Shown: positions 1 to 9,200 of the stretch, in pieces
Numbering within the stretch: the first letter of the stretch is position 1
How the letters are laid out: the number at the start of each line of letters is the position of its first letter
Assembly: GCA_949358305.1 (NCBI GenBank)
Contig: OX442314.1
Coordinates: 25,730,001-25,794,000 of the forward strand
Direction: 5' to 3'
Source: Strigamia acuminata
Taxonomy: Eukaryota
Length of the DNA stretch: 64,000 nucleotides
Notes under the pieces: generated by a model
What the model was told of the DNA's origin: nothing
Seen by the model: only the letters and a program-made list of their open reading frames with translations
The model's database searches: none
Made by a program: the position numbers and the translations under genes

Positions 1-256
1 GGGGGGGGGGGTGGGCGGCATTTTTAATGCTCGCCTCACCACAGATATTTACTAGGAACGGCCCTGTACGTTGCATAATAAAAACAATATCCTGTTGCAC
101 ACTAATCTAATATCTCCAGTTACTGTAATAATTGATAGCTATGAATACATGATAACTTAATTTTTTTTAAATTAAGAAAAATATTTAATATGACCAGGAA
201 TTTATCATCAAGCAAGACAAACATAACAAGTCCACATCTATCAACTGACCATAATT

Positions 257-3200
257 ATGGACTTAACAATTTTCACCAATATTCTGTTTGAACACTACCA
301 GACCATTATTCTGATTGCAATTATAACTACAATTCTATATTTTAAACCTCGAAAAAATTTACCATCAGGACCATGGGGATTGCCCATAGTAGGATATCTT
401 CCTTTCTTGAAACAACCGGCTCATATAGGTCTCACAGAATTAGGAAAGAAATATGGTAATGTCATGAGGTAAACTTTAAATAAAATAAACCTTAACATTA
501 AATAAACTTTTTAAAAAAAAATTTATTTGCAGTTATTACTCAGGGAGTGAGTTGGTGATAGTGTTGGGTGATTATAGCGCCATGAAAGAAGCATTTGTGA
601 AGCAAGGAAATATATTTTCCGGAAAACCAAAAGCCAATGCTTTTCGATTCAATAAAACTGATAAAGGTGCAATTCTAGAATAAGCTTACTGAGTGATTAA
701 CATGATTACGGTTTCAGGTATTATGATGGCAGAAGGCGAAATAGCAAGTCAACACCGTCGATTTATTGTATCAAGTCTAAGAGATTTTGGAATGGGGACA
801 ACTAGTTTCGAGTCACGAATAATGGTATTGACCTGTTGCCTCTACTTTAAAGAAACTTTGAAGTTTCGTAGCAATTAATTCAAAAATTTGATCAAAAACA
901 AACCTGGGTAATGCAAGATTCGAGGCACCTCTCAGTAAAAAAGAAAAAAGAAAAAGACGTGATAATTACCAAGTAAAGCCTCCTGATTCCGAAAATGACA
1001 TTTAAAAGTGTCGGAAATGGTGGCTGTGCTCCCGCCATTGCTCAGGTTTACATTATTTAAATTTTAACAGCGCTGCCGCTTTAAGTGAAAATGGCGGCCA
1101 CACTGCCACTTGGCTGATGCAGACCAGATGACCAGATAACTTAATTTACGACACTTTGGAGTGTCATTTTTGGAATCAGCATACTTTAATTGTTAAGTAA
1201 CCAAATTTTGGACCCATTCTGAAGCGGGCCTAATTCTAAAGTACTGTATATCTGTAATCGCTACTGCGCCAAAAGAAATTTCATTTCAGAGATAAAGTAA
1301 CTTTTGGGTACCTTGACATCTTTTACTAAGATTGAGTGGACCAGAATGAATAAAATTTAGCGCTTGATTATTTTGTCTCACATCTGAACATACAAATTGT
1401 TGTTACGCTTCTGAAACTTTTAGTTGGCATTTCTTTGGTGACAAAACAGCTTGCATTCAAGCTGGTGTTGAGTGATTTGATTGTTTCAACTGCAGTTTCA
1501 ATTCTCAATTTTCAAATATTTTGTTCTAATTTTTAAATTAACTTACAGAAAGAAATTAAGAAGTTCTTGGATGTACTCAGTAAAGAAAATGGAAAGGCTG
1601 TATACATTCAAACTGCACTACATTTAAGTGTATCAAATGTAATAGTACAGTTTGAATTCGGAAAGATATTTGGACACGATGACAAAGAATTTATGCAGCT
1701 GCAAGATATAATCAGAAATAACGCAAAATTCAATGGGGTTACTGCAATGCGCATTTTCTTTCCTTGGATCAAATATATCCCTTTTACTAATGAATATACA
1801 GGATTTCAGAAAACAAAGTAAGCCAGAAAATACTCAATTGGGATTCCGATTAAGCCTAGGTTATTCCCAACCGTACGGTATGGTTCAAAAATATATTTTA
1901 CAATATCATTGCTTTTCACTTCATGCATTTTGGGAATTAAGTATTGTATTATTTGAACATTAAATAATGTATTTCATAATATAATTTAAAAAATGCATTT
2001 GAAAATTATTCATATTTGTATTGGGAACGCATTACCTAATACATTTAATATAATGCATTATCATTTGCAAACCAATAGCATGCAAAAATTTATTGCAAAA
2101 TGCATTCTCGTGAAACACAATGTATTTCAAAATACATTGTAATACTTGTATAATTCCATGTTATAACCTAGGCTTACACTGTGACTAACGTACCTGCATC
2201 TAAAGATAATGTCTAATCACTAGGTCTGGTGCAAAACTTATAAAGGATTTCAATAGTAATAAAATGCAAGAAAATGAAAGAAAATATATCGAAGGCAACA
2301 GGACACATTATGTTGACGCTTACCTTACCCACAGAAATTCAATCTTACAAAAAACCGGCTCAGAAGGATGTTTTGGTAGTAAGTCGAAAGTAAAAAATTT
2401 TAAGTCATGACGCCATGTAAAATAAAACAGTTGAAGCAAGTTGAAGCAAGCCTGGACAACTGTTTCCAAAAAAAAAATCATTTAGAGCACAAAAATTCAA
2501 AATTGTCTAGCCCTGGTGAACCGGGTGAACCGGGTGAACCGGGTGAACCGGATGGACTGCAAATTGTTAAGGCAGAAAGAAAGAAAACCGGATTTTAAAG
2601 TCAACGTAAAATGAGGATTTATTTTGTTCTACAATCCTTAGTAACGAATTAACAATAACAACAACATAACAGTAACATCCGACAACAGTATATTTTTCAA
2701 TGCAAAAATACACTCGCGCTAATTCACATGTGGTATAAAATCACTTGCTCTTATTTCCAGAAGCAGAACTACTAGGAAATTTAAGAGCTTTGTTAATCGC
2801 TGGCACAGGGGCGACACATGGAATTCTACTTTGGAGCATTCTCTATTCACTGAAATACCCAGAAAAAAGAAAAAAAGTATTGCAAGAAATTAACGACGTC
2901 ATTGGCCATGACAGAGACCCTTCTTTCAGGGACAAAACCAACATGCCTTATACAGAGGCTTTCATGTTAGAAGCTCTCAGACACACTTCAATAGTCCCTT
3001 TCTCTCTTGTTCACAGGTATGTAAAAGTAACTTGTCGTAACCTTGGTTTCCGGTAAATAAACGTACACAATATCTTACTAATAAACCTTTTATTTCACAC
3101 TTGTAATACAATAGTAATAATACTTAAGGTTGGTCTCGGATCCTTGTTGGTCGGATACGATTGTTGCTGCACGGCAGTCTTACACGTGGCTTCTGGTTGT

Positions 3201-6200
3201 CTAGGGTTAATGGCGTCCTGGCGAAACACGTGTTCGCAAAACGCTTCGGCGATGATGAGATATTTCGGTCGTAGTTTTGCTACGACAAATATCTTTGGCT
3301 TGGTGTTACAGATGACTTGGGCAACTGGCATCGGTCCTCTATCAATCCGTGGTGTTCGGCCTGAAAGGTGAGGTGTGATGCTACTGTTGCTGTGATATAT
3401 CTGTAAGTCGCGCTTCCGGTCAAAACACGGGTTTAAATACCCCCTAATGACCGGAAATGACGTATTTGCATAAATTCGGGGAATTATGCAAAATGGCTGA
3501 CGTCATCATGTTGATTCCGCAGAAACGGTAAAACTAGTATAGCTAGTTTTCTCGTAATAATCTGACGATTAATTATTGTAAATACTAAAAACACTTTTAT
3601 GACCTCGTGGTCACCACACGTCCCCTCCTCAGCAATGTCGTTATAAAATAAAAAGATAAATGACATTGCGAAATTTCTCTTTAAAAATGTTTTTTGACTA
3701 CATCTTCCTCTCGAGTGACTCCTTGAGGGCACTCATAGAAGGAGGTGGGGTGGTTCTTCTTCTGCCAGTGGTTGAGCCACGGTATTTTAATTTTTCGGTG
3801 GTGAAGTAGGCTGTGGTGAAATAAGCGATTTTCGTCTGTAATTCCTTAATTTGTTTTTCTAACCAATTGGTGTTTTTCCATTTGGTTTTTAATTCATCTT
3901 CCGAATCTGAGTCGCTGGTTTCTTTATTATCTAATTCGATTTTTAATTTATCTATTTCTTCCGTAATTATTTCGTTGATTGCTTGGTTAATTGTTTCGTT
4001 CGTGGTTCTATTCGGGGTTCGGTCTTCCGGGCGTGCAGACAGATTTATTTTTTCTCTGTCTGCTTTAACCAGTTTTTTGTCAATTCTTCAAATTTAGCTG
4101 TTAGCTTTTCTAACAATGCTTCGTTCTCGGCGGCTTTCTTCTCTTCCTTCCTCTTTTTTCGTTTCGGGCAATCCCTCCTCCAATGTCCCACCTCGTTACA
4201 ATAATTGCAAGGTCTTGTAGTAGAGTTTTCCGTCCGTGTGAATGATCGTTTTGTGAAATCCCTTTTTTCGTAATGCTTGTCACTCTTTGGGTTGTGATGC
4301 TCGGTTTTATTCGCGTCGCCCTCTGAGTTCTGCTCGGAGTCGTCTTCTTCACTTTCTCTCCCGTCTTCGAGGTTAGTTGCGTCGGAGTTCGTACTGGCTC
4401 TGTAAGCTTTTGGAGCCGGTATCGGGTTAGAAGTCGACTTGTCGCTGGGTTTCTTTGGTGGGGCCGCCTCTATGTCTCCGTTTAGGAACGTTCGCGACCG
4501 GATTAATCGCCCTGCGTCGTTATTTCTGGCGTGGATTCGCTGTATGCAAAGTTGGACTAATTTTCTTTCTTCCGGTGTTAGAGCGTCTGTGTACCGGTCA
4601 TTTACTTCTTCGTGACGTTTATCGACAAATTTCAACACTTGTTCGAAGCTGTCGGTTGTTGGAGCGTTCATGTCGCGAAGCACCTTTTTGGATGCCTCGT
4701 TCAATCCTTTATCAAAAATTAGTCGTTGAGCGTAAGCGTCCAGCGGAGTATACAGTTCATTGAACAGACTTTTAGCTCGCAGAAAATAGGCTCGTAGCTC
4801 TTCTCCGGTCGCCTGCTGCATGAGACTGACTCGTTGTCTAATCTCTTTTTGTGTCTCGCCATATTGCGTATTGAAGGCGACCACAAATTGCTCCCAATAC
4901 TTCAAGTTCGCCTCCACATACCATTCTCTCGCCTCTCCTACCAGCATTTCTGGCAGCCCCTTAACTACCATTTCGTCTGGTTCGGCTCCGAGTCTCGAGA
5001 TGGTGAGTGCCACCTCATTTAGAAATTTATTTCCTGCCCTCCACGTACCGTCGAATTTCATCAGGCGCAGCTGGGGCCACTTGATGTTTCGGTCTTTGTT
5101 ATCTAACGCCCAGCGGTCGGCTGAATATTTTCGGAGTAGGTTTTCATTCTGTTCGTCTCGTTCATCCAAGTCTTGGTTTCGGCCGGTCCGTGAATCGGCA
5201 CGTATGTGTTCTTCTATCATTCGTAATCGCTCTTCCAATATGGGGTCGGATTGGCTCTGACTCCCATAACTCGGTGAAATATTTCCGTTTTGAGGAAGGA
5301 ATTGGTGGTTTTGCGAAGAATTCTGGTGTTGAGGGGAATTTTGATTGGTTAAATTTGGAGAAGTCGCGGCTAGTTGAGTTCCGGGGGGAAAGATTCCATT
5401 TACGGCTGTTCCGCTCAGGACCCCGTTGTTTTGCTTTATCCGGATGGTTGATTTCCTTTCTCCGTGTAACTGCGAATTAATTCTCGCGGCTTCTCTTTCG
5501 GCGTCGTTAGCGGTCTTGATTTTGGTTTTCGCGGCTTCGTTGGCTGCGTCGACGTTGGCTTTAACCGTCCGTATATCTTCGAGGCTTGGCATTGCCAACC
5601 TATCTTGTCCCTGTTGATTTCTGACCTGGTTTTTCTGATTAATTAATCGTATCATTTCAGAATTCGGGTCGTTTGGCGTTTGGCTGGTATGGCCAGCTTT
5701 AGCGGCGAAAGATTGTGCGAATGCCCACGATTGTCTCCCGCGATTATTGCGACTGTCTTGCTGAAAAGCTTCCAAGAATTCGTTTTGCACTTCGACGGGC
5801 TCGTCTACGATACTAGCCCATCCTTGGACGTTAATTCCTTTCGAATCGAGCGAATCAGCTTCGCTTTCGTCGTCCGCGTCGGAACTGGTTCGGGTCGAGT
5901 CGTACGAGTCGGTCGTCTGATTATTCGTTTTTTGACGCTTGACGGCCTTCTTTCCTTGTCGGATAGCTCTTTTTTCCGCCCGTTCTCTTGTCAGCCGGAG
6001 TATCATGTCCAATTGGGCCAGCGGATCCCCTTCTTCGTCGTACGGGATTCCCATTAATCGGGCGATTTCGTATGCTTCTCTGCATCTGTTGATTTGTGAT
6101 TTCGAACTGTTGTAGCCGTGCGTGATGGTGACTCGATTACTTTGGTTGTTATCGTACTTGTCGAATAGGCTATACCCGTCTTGACTTTTGTCTGAATCTT

Positions 6201-9200
6201 CCTCTACTTCGTCCGTGAAATTAATTTGTTTATTATTAATCGGCGGGTCAGGTTGAGGTTTCGTCGACGTCTTATTAATCGGTGTTTGTCCGACAGACGT
6301 TTTTTCGGCGTGGTTCGGAGTTTTTCCAATCGGTGTATGTCCGACAGACGTTTTTTCGGCGTGGCTCGGAGTTTTTCCAATCGGTGTATGTCCGACAGAC
6401 GTTTTTTCAGCGTGGTTCGAAGTTTTTCCAATCGGTGTATGTCCGACAGACGTTTTTGCGGCGTGGTTCGGAGTTTTTCCAATCGGTGTATGTCCGACAG
6501 ACGTTTTTTCGGCGTGGTTCGGAGTTTTTCCAATCGGTGTTTTTCCGACTATATTTTCTTTCGTCGATTCCGGCGGTAATTTATTGGCGTTGTTTTTATC
6601 GATTGGTGTTTTTCCAATCGTATTTCTTTTCGTCGATTCCGGCGGTAATTTATCGGCGTTGTTTTTATCGATTGGTGTTTTTCCAATCGTATTTCTTTTC
6701 GTCGATTCCGGCGGTAATTTATCTAACGCTGGGCTAGCCAATGCTTCGGCCCTTGCCTTGGCTGATTCCATGGCTTTTCTTCGGGCGCTTGCGGTCGAAG
6801 GGTTTCTGGTCTTTTTGTTGCTTTTCGTCATTTCGATGGTTTGCAAAGTTCAAACCGTAAGATATGTTTATTTAAAATAGTTTGAATGTTCAAAACTATC
6901 CCGGACAGACCCCCACGTGTCGTAACCTTGGTTTCCGGTAAATAAACGTACACAATATCTTACTAATAAACCTTTTATTTCACACTTGTAATACAATAGT
7001 AATAATACTTAAGGTTGGTCTCGGATCCTTGTTGGTCGGATACGATTGTTGCTGCACGGCAGTCTTACACGTGGCTTCTGGTTGTCTAGGGTTAATGGCG
7101 TCCTGGCGAAACACGTGTTCGCAAAACGCTTCGGCGATGATGAGATATTTCGGTCGTAGTTTTGCTACGACAAATATCTTTGGCTTGGTGTTACAGATGA
7201 CTTGGGCAACTGGCATCGGTCCTCTATCAATCCGTGGTGTTCGGCCTGAAAGGTGAGGTGTGATGCTACTGTTGCTGTGATATATCTGTAAGTCGCGCTT
7301 CCGGTCAAAACACAGGTTTAAATACCCCCTAATGACCGGAAATGACGTATTTGCATAAATTCGGGGAATTATGCAAAATGGCTGACGTCATCATGTTGAT
7401 TCCGCAGAAACGGTAAAACTAGTATAGCTAGTTTTCTCGTAATAATCTGACGATTAATTATTGTAAATACTAAAAACACTTTTATGACCTCGTGGTCACC
7501 ACACGTCCCCTCCTCAGCAATGTCGTTATAAAATAAAAAGATAAATGACATTGCGAAATTTCTCTTTAAAAATGTTTTTTGACTACATCTTCCTCTCGAG
7601 TGACTCCTTGAGGGCACTCATAGAAGGAGGTGGGGTGGTTCTTCTTCTGCCAGTGGTTGAGCCACGGTATTTTAATTTTTCGGTGGTGAAGTAGGCTGTG
7701 GTGAAATAAGCGATTTTCGTCTGTAATTCCTTAATTTGTTTTTCTAACCAATTGGTGTTTTTCCATTTGGTTTTTAATTCATCTTCCGAATCTGAGTCGC
7801 TGGTTTCTTTATTATCTAATTCGATTTTTAATTTATCTATTTCTTCCGTAATTATTTCGTTGATTGCTTGGTTAATTGTTTCGTTCGTGGTTCTATTCGG
7901 GGTTCGGTCTTCCGGGCGTGCAGACAGATTTATTTTTTCTCTGTCTGCTTTAACCAGTTTTTTGTCAATTCTTCAAATTTAGCTGTTAGCTTTTCTAACA
8001 ATGCTTCGTTCTCGGCGGCTTTCTTCTCTTCCTTCCTCTTTTTTCGTTTCGGGCAATCCCTCCTCCAATGTCCCACCTCGTTACAATAATTGCAAGGTCT
8101 TGTAGTAGAGTTTTCCGTCCGTGTGAATGATCGTTTTGTGAAATCCCTTTTTTCGTAATGCTTGTCACTCTTTGGGTTGTGATGCTCGGTTTTATTCGCG
8201 TCGCCCTCTGAGTTCTGCTCGGAGTCGTCTTCTTCACTTTCTCTCCCGTCTTCGAGGTTAGTTGCGTCGGAGTTCGTACTGGCTCTGTAAGCTTTTGGAG
8301 CCGGTATCGGGTTAGAAGTCGACTTGTCGCTGGGTTTCTTTGGTGGGGCCGCCTCTATGTCTCCGTTTAGGAACGTTCGCGACCGGATTAATCGCCCTGC
8401 GTCGTTATTTCTGGCGTGGATTCGCTGTATGCAAAGTTGGACTAATTTTCTTTCTTCCGGTGTTAGAGCGTCTGTGTACCGGTCATTTACTTCTTCGTGA
8501 CGTTTATCGACAAATTTCAACACTTGTTCGAAGCTGTCGGTTGTTGGAGCGTTCATGTCGCGAAGCACCTTTTTGGATGCCTCGTTCAATCCTTTATCAA
8601 AAATTAGTCGTTGAGCGTAAGCGTCCAGCGGAGTATACAGTTCATTGAACAGACTTTTAGCTCGCAGAAAATAGGCTCGTAGCTCTTCTCCGGTCGCCTG
8701 CTGCATGAGACTGACTCGTTGTCTAATCTCTTTTTGTGTCTCGCCATATTGCGTATTGAAGGCGACCACAAATTGCTCCCAATACTTCAAGTTCGCCTCC
8801 ACATACCATTCTCTCGCCTCTCCTACCAGCATTTCTGGCAGCCCCTTAACTACCATTTCGTCTGGTTCGGCTCCGAGTCTCGAGATGGTGAGTGCCACCT
8901 CATTTAGAAATTTATTTCCTGCCCTCCACGTACCGTCGAATTTCATCAGGCGCAGCTGGGGCCACTTGATGTTTCGGTCTTTGTTATCTAACGCCCAGCG
9001 GTCGGCTGAATATTTTCGGAGTAGGTTTTCATTCTGTTCGTCTCGTTCATCCAAGTCTTGGTTTCGGCCGGTCCGTGAATCGGCACGTATGTGTTCTTCT
9101 ATCATTCGTAATCGCTCTTCCAATATGGGGTCGGATTGGCTCTGACTCCCATAACTCGGTGAAATATTTCCGTTTTGAGGAAGGAATTGGTGGTTTTGCG

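Noticed and set aside
2512..2552. CCGGGTGAA x4 repeat translating as collagen-like PGEPGEPGE
   Set aside because: Only four units, inside P450 intron 5, with no splice sites or continuing Gly-X-Y; a simple minisatellite
3095..3371. Short ORFs repeated three times (also ORFs repeated at 36023-36719 and 48417-49113)
   Set aside because: Recurrence is explained by LTR duplication; no protein motifs
3560..3600. CTGACGA in the LTR suggesting a hammerhead ribozyme (retrozyme)
   Set aside because: No correctly placed GAAA core or supporting stems found
6204..6880. Overlapping repetitive ORFs on both strands, and a CRISPR-like look of the 51-nt repeats
   Set aside because: Shadows of the Gag coding repeats; no unique spacers, no cas genes, eukaryotic context
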